The notes below the pieces were generated by a model, which saw only the letters and a program-made list of their open reading frames with translations, was not told the origin of the DNA and searched no databases. A stretch of 64,000 nt of DNA from Macrostomum lignano (lineage: Eukaryota), in the NCBI GenBank assembly GCA_002269645.1, contig NIVC01002796.1:31-64030 (forward strand), written 5' to 3'. Below are positions 1-12,975 of the stretch, piece by piece (within the stretch, counting starts at the first letter, position 1; each line of letters starts with the position of its first letter). The position numbers and the translations under genes were made by a program.

Positions 1-478
1 CCTCATTCTATTGATATCAACTGGCGCCTCATTCTATTGATATCAACTGGCGCCTCATTCTATTGATATCAACTGGCGCCTCATTCTATTGATATCAACT
101 GGCCCTCATTCTATTGATATCAACTGGCGCCTCATTCTATTGATATCAACTGGCGCCTCATTCTATTGATATCAACTGGCGCCTCATTCTATTGATATCA
201 ACTGGCGCCTCATTCTATTGATATCAACTGGCGCCTCATTCTACTCAGAAGCGCCTCATTCTACCAACCTGCACCTATTCTATCACACTGCCACCTATTC
301 TACCAACGCACCTATTCTACAACCTGCACCTATTCTACCAACCTGCACCTATTCTACCAACTGCACCTATTCTACCAACTTACGCCTTATTATACCAATT
401 GGCGCCTCATTCTACCAATTGGTGCCTCATTCTACCAATTGGCGCCTCATTCTACCAATTGGCGCCTCACCATTATTA
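1..478. repeat. 26-bp minisatellite (GGCGCCTCATTCTATTGATATCAACT) grading into ~20-bp derivative units
   Basis: About 9 near-identical 26-bp units to ~235, then degenerate CCTCATTCTACCAA / CACCTATTCTACCAA units up to the splice acceptor at 496. Confidence 0.95.
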
Positions 479-496
479 GCGCCCCACTGTCCCCAG

Positions 497-3400
497 GCCT
501 CATGATACGCGCCGCCCTCTCAAAATCCCAGTGGTCTGCTGCGGCCAGAAGACGGTCTGGTCCTACCGCACCCACGGCCTCAGCCGGCTGGGCCAGACGG
601 ACCTGCTGCTCCTCCTTGAGCACATCGCCATCGACAACGCCGCCCCAGCCGATCCGGTCGCTCTATTCGCTGGCGTCCTCAAGAAGGCCAAGGAGGGCAG
701 CACGGTGGGCGACATGGACCACACGGTATTCCAGGCCAGCGAGCGCGGATTCCTCGGAAGCCAGTACACCGGCGGGGTGCTGTACTTCTTGGAGAGCGGC
801 CAGTGCTTTCACGGCCTCGTACACCCGGCCGACTTTGGCAGCCTGCTGGCCTGCCGGCTGGTGCACAGGCGGGAGCTGCCCTACCTGCTGCACTCGCCAA
901 CACGGCTGCTGCTGAGGCTGGGCGCCGAGGACGGCGTGTATCCGTGCGGCCTCATCAGCAACCGCTACCGGCCGCCAGTGTTCTACGAACCGGCCCGATC
1001 GGTCATGTCCATGTTCAGGGTAAGGAGATTCGCTAGTCTTAGACAGCTAAACTCGCATATCCCCATCTGCACAATGTCTCCCTTTCTGCACTTGAAAATG
1101 CGCTAGACTCCCCTATTGGCGCTAGACTCCCCTATTGGCGCTAGACTCCCCTATTGGCGCTAGACTCCCCTATTGGCGCTAGACTCCCCTATTGGCGCTA
1201 GACTCCCCTATTGGCGCTAGACTCCCCTATTGGCGCTAGACTCCCCTATTGGCGCTAGACTCCCCTATTGGCGCTAGACTCCCCTATTGGCGCTAGACTC
1301 CCCTATTGGCGCTAGACTCCCCTATTGGCGCTAGACTCCCCTATTGGCGCTAGACTCCCCTATTGGCGCTAGACTCCCCTATTGGCGCTAGACTCCCCTA
1401 TTGGCGCTAGACTCCCCTATTGGCGCTAGACTCCCCTATTGGCGCTAGACTCCCCTATTGGCGCTAGACTCCCCTATTGGCGCTAGACTCCCCTATTGGC
1501 GCTAGACTCCCCTATTGGCGCTAGACTCCCCTATTGGCGCTAGACTCCCCTATTGGCGCTAGACTCCCCTATTGGCGCTAGACTCCCCTATTGGCGCTAG
1601 ACTCCCCTATTGGCGCTAGACTCCCCTATTGGCGCTAGACTCCCCTATTGGCGCTAGACTCCCCTATTGGCGCTAGACTCCCCTATTGGCGCTAGACTCC
1701 CCTATTGGCGCTAGACTCCCCTATTGGCGCTAGACTCCCCTATTGGCGCTAGACTCCATCTTATTAGCGCTAGACTTCCCTATTAGCGCTAGACTTCCCT
1801 ATTAGCGCTAGACTTCCCTATTAGCGCTAGACTCCATCTTATTAGCGCTAGACTCTCCTATTAGCGCTGGTTCTGCGCGAACCTTCAGGAGGCCGTCCCG
1901 CACCTGAGCGAAGGCCTGGTGCCGCGGCTGCGCGACTGCAACCTGACGCTGGAAAGCAACGGCATCGTCGTGGTGTCGATCTCTGGCCGGCGCCAGGCCG
2001 ACCTGGCCAGCCTGCTCAGCGTGTACGCTCCGGACACCGATGGAGTGCTGGCGCTGGCTGGCGAGCTCTGCCAGTCAGCCGATGCGCACCTGGTTGCCAG
2101 GGAGTCGCCTGGAGGCGAATTTGAAACCGTCCTGTTCTCCGCTGCAGGACGACCGCAGATCTGGCCGGCTGGGGGACTGCCGGCCACGGCTGGGGTGTCT
2201 GTTGGGGTGAGTGCTGTCCGGATGGAGGACAGAGGCTGGGGTTGATGCTGAGGGTGAGTGCTGTCCGAATAGAGGACTGAGGCTGGGGTGTCTGCAGGGG
2301 GTGAGTGCTGTCCGGATGGAGGACTGAGGCTGGGGTGTCTGCAGGGGATGAGTGCTGTCCGGATAGAGGACTGAGGCTAGGGTGTCTGCAGGGGGTGAGT
2401 GCTGTCCGGGTGGGTGTTATTGCAAGAAAAGTACATTTATTCGTGATGTCTCCCCACCAAAAAATGTAGCGCCTGCAGTCACTGGCCTCGGCTTTATAGC
2501 ACTGTCCACTCGACTGGGGCAGCGGATCAACAGGGCTGCTTGGCGGCCATCGTGGAAGACGGTCTTGGCGTTATCTGCAGCCGGCAGGACATGTGGAGCC
2601 TACTGCAGGTGAGAACTTGCAAGTCCTGCAGCATCATCACTCCTGCATCATCATCACTCCTGCACCATCATCACTCCTGCAGCATCATAACTCCTGCAGC
2701 ATCATCACTCCTGCAGCATCATCACTCCTGCACCATCATCACTCCTGCACCATCATCACTCCTGCACCATCATCACTCCTGCACCTGTATCCTGCATCGC
2801 TCGATCATCAAACCAAAAATCTCGCAGAGCCTGAACGAAGCCGAAGACTTTGTGCTGCCACTCGACTGGCTGTTCTTGCACGACCGACGCGAACCAATGC
2901 GAAGTTCCAGTATCCGGTTTGTATGGCGCCACCTGCCTGGGGAGTGAACGGCGTCCTGGCTCCAACATTGTAGTGCTAATTGGGAACTATAACTGCATCT
3001 AAATTATTTTGACTACCACCTGTCACCTTACCAATTGTTAGCTCTGCCTTGTCAAATCGTTACAAAAGACGTTTGATCTACTCGTCTACTCGTCTACTCA
3101 ATTTCTAACCCTCTACTGTCAGTAGTAGATCATGCTTAAAACGACTCCTTATATTTTATGTCTGGTGTTGGCAAATTTACAAGAATATGTAACAGCAGAC
3201 GGACAGAGATAGTTTTTAACCAACCAGCCAGTCATAATAATCATGCGCTTCAGTGTGTAAAATCTAGAAAGCTTACCGTTTTCTGGACGCTTTGCCTCGG
3301 ACCTGCTAATTTTCTGGTAGCTTATAATTGGCTTTAAAAATTTGCCTCATCTTCAAATTTCATTTTCAAGTCAGGTATAAGGAGAAGGTTGAAATGAGTA

Positions 3401-3714
3401 ACGACGCGAACATTTGCACTTTAACAGGGAAGAAAAACCCCTCGCGTCTTTAGTCTCACAACTGCCTAAGCCAAGCTACCCCATTGCATTGCCAACTCAA
3501 CCAAGCAGGCGAGAGGCTGCGGGTGACCCAGTCAGAACTATTGAAAGAGATCGGCTACGGTTCTGGCATTACAGATGCTACGGCAACCACCGGGTGGAAG
3601 TCAACAACTAGTGCGGCACTGGGGTTGTGGGTTGATGGAAGCATGTCGTGCCTGAGAAGCTGGGGGCTGAGGTGTCTTCCATCCCTACCAAGAAATTCTC
3701 AGAGAAATTGTTAG
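497..3714 (+). CDS. ZFYVE9: SARA/endofin (ZFYVE9/ZFYVE16)-like protein, C-terminal DUF3480 region; 5' part lies outside the window
   Basis: Exons: 497-1019; 1889-~2200 (donor unclear); ~2470-2610; 2828-2943; probably 3428-3714. RLLLRLGAEDGVYPCGLISNRYRPPVF matches SARA [37 protein letters not shown] matches FNEKADSHLV, VTGLGF...IVEDG matches VTGASF...IVEDG, and SLNEAEDF matches ALREMKDF. Two apparent frameshifts (~2517, ~3480). The last exon is less certain. Confidence 0.8.
1099..1870. repeat. 19-bp minisatellite (GGCGCTAGACTCCCCTATT)n in SARA intron
   Basis: More than 30 perfect units, then degenerate units up to the acceptor. Confidence 0.97.
2187..2410. repeat. ~47-bp tandem repeat (GGCTGGGGTGTCTGCAGGGGGTGAGTGCTGTCCGGATGGAGGACTGA)
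   Basis: 4-5 imperfect units, each containing GTGAGT. Confidence 0.85.
2622..2790. repeat. ~17-bp tandem repeat (CTCCTGCAGCATCATCA)
   Basis: About 9 variant units directly after the donor at 2611. Confidence 0.9.
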
Positions 3715-3905
3715 GGTTGAAGAGGCTATATGAAAGATAGCCTAGCAGAGAGCCAGCTTGAGTTTTGCTCTCTCAAAGCTGAATTGTGCTCAAGAGCCAA
3801 AAAAACAATACGTATATAGCTCGTGGAAAACTGACAGGCCAGAAGTCAAGAAGCCAAGCCTTGTATTCATATAACTTTTGCCCTCTAGCTCAAACTCAGT
3901 CTGAA

Positions 3906-6063
3906 ATGCTCCAACGAAGCCAGCTTACTGAGCTGGCAGCCCTGTGGACTGTGTGCGCCATCATCCTGTCGGCAGGCAGGCTGACAGACGGGCAGGTTCT
4001 CAACTCCGCGGTGCTGTGCAAGGCGGACCGATGCTACAACATCAGCATTCTTGGAAACGGTGACTACTTGAGTAGCTATTGCGCCAGCTTCGGGATGCAG
4101 AAGCTCGACCAGATATCGTTTGAACTGTTCACTGCTAACATAGCAGCACTGACTAGGTGAGCCCTACTGAATCTGTTCACTGCTAACATAGCAGCTCTGA
4201 CTAGGTGAGCCCTACTGAATCTGTTCACTGCTAACATAGCAGCTCTGACTAGGTGAGCCCTACTGAATCTGTTCACTGCTAACATAGCAGCACTGACTAG
4301 GTGAGCCCTACTGAATCTGTTCACTGCTAACATAGCAGCACTGACTAGGTGAGCCCTACTGAATCTGTTCACTGCTAACATAGCAGCTCTGACTAGGTGA
4401 GCCCTACTGAATCTGTTCACTGCTAACATAGCAGCTCTGACTAGGTGAGCCCTACTGAATCTGTTCACTGCTAACATAGCAGCACTGACTAGGTGAGCCC
4501 TACTGAATCTGTTCACTGCTAACATAGCAGCTCTGACTAGGTGAGCCCTACTGAATCTGTAGCACTGACTAGACGACCCCAACCAGCCTTAACCTGCAGA
4601 ATAGAGGGACTGGCGTGAAGCATTGCGGACCGTAGCTTGTAGGCCTAGTCCATCTCATAATTCACTGGAATGCTAAACTGGAATGCCTCGGATGACGGAT
4701 GACGGGCAGCCAGAAAGCTCATAGTTGGAAATAGAAAATCAATAATTATCGTGAGTTTTCTGTTGACGATTCGTCCCTACGAGAAACGACGATCGTAAAA
4801 AGAGCTCGTACGAGCTACATCCTTACCTGACTTTCCAGTGGCGTCAGTGAGACGACGTACTGGACTGGCGTCCACAGGGCCGCTCGCACCAGCCCGGCAG
4901 ACAGGGTGTTCGCCTGGCGCAGCCAGACCAGCCAGCTGTACGTCTCCAGCACCGACGTGAGCCCGTCTAGCGAAGTCTTCACCAGCACGGAGGAAGACCC
5001 AACAGTGGGTGTGATCACGGACACCACAATCAACGTGACTAATTGGAACTCGATAAAAGTAGATAACAGCGGCTACGCCATCTGCATGTGCGTGTGTCCG
5101 ATATCCAACCTGACCTGCTGCCCAGCACCGGCTTCTGGCTACACCTGCGCCAACTCGAGCGACGGTCGCTCCTTTTGCTTTCGACGTGGCGACTCCAAAA
5201 AGAAGTACTGGGAGGCGCCGACCATGTGCAGCCTGGCCAGCGGAGAGACGCTGATTGATCTGACTGAGACCGCTGCTCGAGTGGCCTTTCATGCGTACGT
5301 TTCACTGTACACAGTCTCTGGTTCTTTTTCCCTTTATGGATAATAATAATTAGAAAAACCCCTTTCCAGTGTTTTCAACACCTTCAAGGCCGGTTGTCAT
5401 GACACCTGCCTGATGGCTTTCGAGGAGCTGCCGTACAGGTTCAACGATAGCTATGGGCCGAAACTGCTTGCGGAAGGTTTCCCTTTGAAGGAGGGATACT
5501 TGAAGCAGAAAACAGACGATGCCAGGTACGGAATTACCATTGAAAAAGACTCTGGCACAGGAGGAATCAGGTACCTGGAAGAGAGGGACACCAGCGGGGG
5601 TTCTGGCCAGTTTGTATGCACTGCCACACCTGTAGAAACGACTACAACTACTACAACTACTACGCCGACTACCACAACTACATCAACTACCACAACAACT
5701 ACGCCGACTACCACAACAACTGCATCGACTACCACAACAACTGCATCGACTACCACAACAACTACTACGCCGACTACCACAACAACTACACCGACTACCA
5801 CAACTACTACGCCGACTACCACTACAATTGCGCCGAGTACTACAACCACACCTACTATCCCCACCCCGATAGCATCGACTGCTACCAAGCAGGCTTCAGC
5901 TGTCACTCCGCTGTCAGAGGAGCAAGTCGTGGCCATTAACATTCAAAACTACGAGAATTCAAAAGAGAAGGCGACATTCTATTTGGTCCCTGTTGTGTTT
6001 CTGGTTCTGGCAGTGCTGATTACTTATTACTTTGGGCGACTTGCTTATCAAATGGGCGTCTAA
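3906..6063 (+). CDS. Type I membrane protein, copy 1: signal peptide, two C-type-lectin-like domains, Thr-rich mucin stalk, TM helix, ~8-aa tail (466 aa)
   Basis: Exons 3906-4156, 4839-5294, 5370-6063, joined by phase-2 GT-AG introns with the frame continuous. CTLD-like hallmarks: CY...YC..GM..L, YWTG..R...FAW, YAIC; CP..GY.C...CF...KKYWEA..MC...G..L, QFVC. TM segment FYLVPVVFLVLAVLITYYF. Confidence 0.8.
4125..4572 (+). repeat. 48-bp tandem array made of the exon-1 end plus the splice donor of CTLD-mucin copy 1
   Basis: Unit CTGTTCACTGCTAACATAGCAGC(A/T)CTGACTAG|GTGAGCCCTACTGAAT; 9 AG|GTGAG sites at 48-bp spacing from 4157 to 4541. Confidence 0.97.
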
Positions 6064-7087
6064 CGTTTCCGAGCAAAAAAATAACACAAAAGCTGTTTCT
6101 TATGAAGAAGCGTTTTAGATATGTATTGTCTGTCATTGAATGAATCATTGGTAGTGAATGTTGTGCGCAAATTTCTCACATCTTGACGCTCGTACGCGAT
6201 ATGTTTACTAAGATAACATCATGCAAAGTTGATGGAGGGATGCTGGAAGTTCCGAAGTTCTGAAATCGAAAATGCTTTTGAGTTTTTACTCAATCTAGTG
6301 AACTCTTTTTCTAGTTTAGTTTTTCAAGCCTTTTTTCCCGTTTTACAGTTAAAAAATTCAGAACAATATTCTTGTATCAAGATTCGAGTTTTGAAAAACA
6401 TTATTGAAATAATAAACATTAATACACATTTATTACAATATACGGGAGCATGATCCCAAATTCTGACAGAGCTATGATCCCCTGTGCAGATAATCAAAAG
6501 GAGTTACTTCTGAGGTTTTTTTAAGCTATCTCATACTGATTCTGTGAAGGCGATGAGCTGACTAAAAATTTCCACTCATAGCACACTACTGAAAGTATAC
6601 AGACGCCAGTAAAATATAAAAACAACACATAGAGCAGGCAAAAAAACTGGTAAAATTGTGCTTCAACAACACTGGACCACGTGAAGGGAGACACAAAAGT
6701 GCAACTGCTTAGCAGATTGCATCACCTGACTGCAGCAACCCGTGCTCAGAATATTTTAGTAACCATTGCCACATAGGTGAGTTCCTGTAACACGGTCAGG
6801 TCTGGCTTTCCAGCTTACAGAAGGCTGAGCTGAAGGGGTGCCGGCAACAAACAATAAGCGAGACATGGCAAGCAAGACTTTTGAGAAAGACACCAAGGAT
6901 CGATAATTGGTCTCTGAGGGAGACACCAGCAGTAGGGCGAAAACAGACAAGAAAAGCTCTCAGCTGCCTTCTGAGTTGAGGGCTGCAGATGACTTTTAAA
7001 GTCAACCAACTCCCTGCTGAGGAGGTTAAAACAATTCAGAAACTCTTGGCGCTGCTCACAGCTGCCTCTGAGACGGAGTAGTCTGAA

Positions 7088-9039
7088 ATGCTCCAACGAA
7101 GCCAGCTTACTGAGCTGGCAGCCCTGTGGACTGTGTGCGCCATCATCCTGTCGGCAGGCAGGCTGACAGACGGGCAGGTCCTCAGCTCCGCGGTGCTGTG
7201 CAAGGCGGACCGATGCTACAACATCAGCATTCTGGGAGACGCAGACTTCGTGGGCACCTACTGTTCTAGTTATGGAATGCAGAATTTGGACCAACCATCG
7301 TTTGAACTCTTCTTCGAAAATACCGCAACTCTGACCAGGTGAGCAGGACTGGAACTTGTAAATAGTTAGCTAATTAGCGCAGCTGACAGCAACTCGTTTG
7401 GGCTGAAATCAAGAGCCATCAGTGAGCTGTCAGTGAGCTAACTTTCTCCGAAACTTTCCGCGCCGCAGCGGCGTCAGCGCGTCAAGATACTGGACTGGCG
7501 CCCGCATGGCCGCCCGCACAAGCCCGGCAGACAGGGTGTTCGCCTGGCGCAGCCAGACCAGTCAGCTGTACGTCTCCAGCACCGACGTGAGCCCGTCTAG
7601 CGAAGTCTTCACCAGCACGGAGGAAGACCCAACAGTCGGTGTCATCACGGACACCACAGTTGACGTGACTAATTGGAACTCTAGAGAAATAAATGACGAT
7701 GGCTACGCCATCTGCATGTGCGTGTGTCCGATATCCAACCTGACCTGCTGCCCAGCACCGGCTTCTGGCTACACCTGCACCAACTCGAGCGACGGCCGCT
7801 CCTTCTGCTTTCGACGTGGCGACTCCAAAAAGGATTTCTGGGAGGCGCCGACCATGTGCAGCCTGGCCAGCGGAGAGACGCTGATTGATCTGACTGAGAC
7901 CGCTGCTCGGGTGGCCTTTCAAAGGTGAGCTGTGTCGCTTATTTGACTGCTCGAACTGCTTGATATTTATATACATACGAGGCGCATGTAGGTGTATGCT
8001 ACTCTCGTATTCCAGCGTGTTCAACTCCTTCAAGACCCGCTGTCAGTACGATTTCTGCCTTATGGCATACGAGGTAATGCAGTACAGGTTCAATGACAGC
8101 TATGGCGCCAACCTGAGAGCTGACGGATTCGCTTTGAATGACGGATATCTAAGAGAGAAAACAACCGATTTCCAGAGAGTGATTGTCGTTGAAAAAGGTA
8201 GTCCTCAGTATCTAAAAGAGCAGGGCAGTTCCAGTTCATCTCAGTTTGTGTGCACTCTTCTGGTCAACATTACTGACACAACTGCGCCGACCACCACAAC
8301 TGCGCCGACCACCACAACTGCGCCGACCACCACAACTGCGCCGACCACCACAACTGCGCCGACCACCACAACTGCGCCGACCACCACAACTGCGCCGACC
8401 ACCACAACTGCGCCGACCACCACAACAACTGAGCCGACCACCACAACTGCGCCGACCACCACAACAACTGAGCCGACCACCACAACTGCGCCGACCACCA
8501 CAACAACTGAGCCGACCACCACAACTGCGCCGACCACCACAACTGCGCCGACCACCACAACTGCGCCGACCACCACAACTGCGCCGACCACCACAACTGC
8601 GCCGACCACCACAACTGCGCCGACCACCACAACTGCGCCGACCACCACAACTGCGCCGACCACCACAACAACTGAGCCGACCACCACAACTGCGCCGACC
8701 ACCACAACTGCGCCGACCACAACAACTGCGCCGACCACCACAACTGCGCCGACCACAACAACTGCGCCGACCACCACAACTATGCCAACCACCACAACCA
8801 CACCCCCCAAAACAATGTCGCCCACCACCACGTCGCCTGCAGCAGCCTCTGAAACGAGCCAGGCGCCCATCACCGCAGTTTCTCCCCTATCTGAGGAGCA
8901 ACTCATCGCCATCAACACGCAGAACTATGAGAATTCTAAGAAGCAGGCCATTTTCTATTTAGTTCCCTTGGCCTTCGTGGTCCTGGCTGCTCTGATAACT
9001 TACTACTTTGGCAGACTGGCGTTCCGAATGGGACTTTGA
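7088..9039 (+). CDS. CTLD-CTLD-mucin-TM protein, copy 2 (576 aa)
   Basis: Exons 7088-7338, 7469-7924, 8016-9039. Exons 1 and 2 have the same lengths (251, 456) and intron phases as copy 1. The stalk is an 18-bp (PTTTTA)n array. Confidence 0.82.
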
Positions 9040-10756
9040 TTGCTTTGAGAGTCGGCTGCACCCACAATTTGGCCGGAAGATTTGGAAATTTCTGTTTAAT
9101 GCATCGGCACCCGAGTCAAACTGAAACTGGAATTCTGAACTGGGAAGAAAAGAACTGTTTGTTTTTCGTCTAAATAATGTTAGAATTGAAACTATAGACC
9201 TCGATTTCTTTGAACTACTGATTAAAAAAGTTTCTTTCCAACTGTTTGACACGGAAACTAAAAGTAAAACATCGGGTCTTTGGAATTTGTCTCTTTAATG
9301 CATCGTTAAAAGACTTCTTTGTCTCGTCTTTGCCTTTTTAAAACCTGTTTTAAAACTGAAGAGATGTCAGGCTGCGAAAAATTCTATCGGAGTCAATTAT
9401 CTGCTCATAGTAGTATGAATTGCTTTTTTCTGAGTGATTATTGTCATTGTCAAACAGCAGAATCAGCTAATACTTCTATCTTTTACTATCTTTCTTGACG
9501 AGGGAGAGAGAGACTATAATTCAAGAACTCAATAGAAATCAACTGATCAGTAACGGCCGGCAATGACTCACCTCTCGATAATAAAATAACAAAGACTTCA
9601 ACAAAGGCTTACTGATTCGTATACACTTCTCTCGGAGATGTAGTCTCGTTTTGATTCTAGTTCTGGATAAATCTCAAGTTCTCATGAGGCTGCTCCGAGT
9701 CGGACCTCGAGCCGACCTTGGGCTCAACAGGTTTTTTATGAGGTTACAAAAGGAATTTTATAGTTTAATTGAGGATGGGCTTTTTTAATAGAAAGGTTGA
9801 GATTTGGGTCAATTTCAGGTTAACATTTACCATACCATATTTGGAAGCTCTAAAATTAGATGTTGAGAGCCGGTCTTTCGCACAATAGGATGGTCATTCA
9901 CTGTTTTCGTGATGATACTAGTAAAAGTGAAGCTTTACGAGTTCTTCTTCTAGTTCTTTACAAGTTCTTCTTTCAAGAAGATTTTTCATAAATTAAAGTG
10001 TTCAATATTCTCTTTCTAGCAGCGGTCTTTCTCTCTTCTCGGCTTTTTACAGACAGCTCAGGCTGGCCTACATGTGTCAGTTTGCACACAACAGACAGCA
10101 GAGTTTTGCGCCAGCTTTTGCTAAAGTTATCATAAGTTCGGTTTGGTTGAAACGATTTTCACAAATTTGCTTTTCAATCTAAAGCTGAACAAAGTTTTGC
10201 AGTATCTGAGCAACGATTCACAGCATCCTGAGTTGTTAGATATTGTTGACAAAAGTGTTAACATTTTCGATTTAGACATAAAAACTTTCAAAGAATCGCA
10301 AATTTGATGTAAGATGCATGCCAACAAAGCTGCTTATGATTACGAACTAGAAACCACTTGGTAGCTGATGCGTTAGTTGTATCATATTTAAGAACTGCGT
10401 GGGTGGAACTCTTGAAAGTTCCAGCAAATTTTGCTTGTCACCCCATACAGTGGAAGGCAAAACGTAGGCGGCCCGTGGCGTCACGGTTGGAGGGGGGGGG
10501 GGAGGTGGAACGGCTGCGGCACTGGGAACTGCAAAGAAGATTAAGAATCTAGAATTTTGTGGAATTTTCCCTGAGCGATGCAGGAGGGGGCGAGGCAAGA
10601 AAAGTGCGGACTGCGCATCCAACGACAATGGAACGCGAATACAATGGGTTGGCTTGGCGCTAGAGTTGGCTTTAAATTCGTGAAATTCCCAACCAAGGAA
10701 CAATACAGAAACTTTAGACGCTGCTCACAACTGCCTCTGTGTCAGAGTAGTCTGAA

Positions 10757-12975
10757 ATGCTACAACGAAGCCAGCTTACTGAGCTGGCAGCCCTGTGGGC
10801 TGTGTGCGCCATCATCCTGTCGGCAGGCAGGCTGACAGACGGGCAGGTCCTCAGCTCCGCGGTGCTGTGCAAGGCGGACCGATGCTACAACATCAGCATT
10901 CTGGGTGACGATGCCTATGTGGGCACCTACTGCTCGAGCTTCGGGATGCAGAATTTGGATCAGCCATCGTTTGAACTGTTCTACGATAATTTTACAACAT
11001 TGACCAGGTGAGTACAAACGACGCTGGGAAACGAAAAGTCACGAAGTCAGTTTAGAGCAGAGAAGTTGGGAAAGTCCACCAGAGAAGAGTGTCTCGCCCT
11101 AAAGGACTACGAAAATATTTGTTGCTTGCACCATGCTCAAACAATATACACAACACATAGACAAGTGAAAATTATTGCTAAAAACACCATATTAAATTAA
11201 TCGATTTGGTCGACTAACTCAAGAAATGATTTCCCTTCGATTGCTGCTCGAGTTGTTCGTGCGTTTACGACGCAATTTGGTTTCGAACTGCATCTTAAAT
11301 AAAAAACTCACCTTTTGCCTTGGACTCTGATCGATGTTCGATATCAGACATCACTTGCCCACTTACCGTTACACTAAATTTCTAAGATCTATCTGCTTGT
11401 TTGTAGATATTTAACGTTTGCCCAATTTTGATTGCGTTTTTGCCAAAACATTTGTCTCCTACGAGCTAATTAACTGTCTGGAAAGACGTTAGTTAAATTA
11501 ACCCATGCTGCACACTCACACACAAAAGTTTAAAAAATAACTTCTCAGCTCATCGACATAGTTTTTATTACTCCATCCGCAGCGGCATCAGCGCGTCAAG
11601 GTACTGGATCGGAGCCAGTATGGCCGCCCGCACCAGCCCGGCAGACAGGGTGTTCGCCTGGCGCAGCCAGACCAGCCAGCTGTACGTCTCCAGCACCGAC
11701 GTGAGCCCGTCGAGCGAAGTCTTCACCAGCACAGAGGCCAACCCAACAGTGGGTGTGATCACGGACACCACAGTCAACGTGACTAATTGGAACTCTAGAG
11801 AAATAAATGACGATGGCTACGCCATCTGCATGTGCGTGTGTCCGATATCCAACCTGACCTGCTGCCCAGCACCGGCTTCTGGCTACACCTGCGCCAACTC
11901 GAGCGACGGCCGCTCCTTTTGCTTTCGACGTGGCGGCTATTCTATGAAGTTCTGGGAGGCGCCGACCATGTGCAGCCTGGCCAGCGGAGAGACGCTGATT
12001 GATCTGACTGAGACCGCTGCTCGATCAGCTTTCAGTTCGTGAGTTGTCCTGACTGTCTGAATCTGATTTAACACTCGGATAAGTGCCGATATTGAATATT
12101 TCCTCATTTATTGATATTCCAGCGTGTTCAACTCCATCAAAAGCGGATGTTCTGACGGTTGCCTGATGGCATACGAAGAACCACCGTACAGGTTGAACAA
12201 CACCCATGGACCGAAGTTACGCGCGACAGGATTGCCTCTATATGACAAATATTTCAAGCAGAAAGTAACATAGTCAAACTACGGAATCGTCATTGAGCAC
12301 AGCACCAGAGAGTTGAAGGAGCAAGTCTTCTCTCCTCATTCGGCACAGTTTATCTGTTGCATTCCCCTAAGATATCTCGCGACTAGCACAACTACACCCA
12401 CCACCACAACTACACCCACCAGCACAACTACACCCACCAGCACAACTACAACTACCAGCACAACTACACCCACCACCACAACTACACCCACCACCACAAC
12501 TACACCCACCACCACAACTACACCCACCACCACAACTACACCCACCACCACAACTACACCCACCACCACGACTACACCCACCACCACAACTACTTTAACT
12601 ACCACAGCTACTTCAACTACTACAGCTACTCCAACTACTACAGCTACTCCAACTACTACAGCTACTCCAACTACCACAGCTACTCCAACTACCACAGCTA
12701 CTCCAACTACCACAGCTACTCCAACTACCACAACTACTCCAACTACCACAAGTACGCCGACCACCACGTCGCCAGCAGCAGCCTCTGAAACGACCCAGGC
12801 GCCCATCACCGCAGTTTCTCCCCTATCTGAGGAGCAACTCATCGCCATCAACACGCAGAACTATGAGAATTCTAAGAAGCAGGCCATTTTCTATTTAGTT
12901 CCCTTGGCCTTCGTGGTCCTGGCTGCTCTGATAACTTACTACTTTGGCAGACTGGCGTTCCGAATGGGACTTTGA
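10757..12975 (+). pseudogene. CTLD-CTLD-mucin-TM protein, copy 3, with an in-frame premature TAG
   Basis: Exons 10757-11007, 11583-12038, 12123-12975. TAG at 12271-12273 (YFKQKVT*SNYGI vs YLKQKTDDARYGI in copy 1). The frame stays open and homologous downstream to TGA at 12975. Confidence 0.72.
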
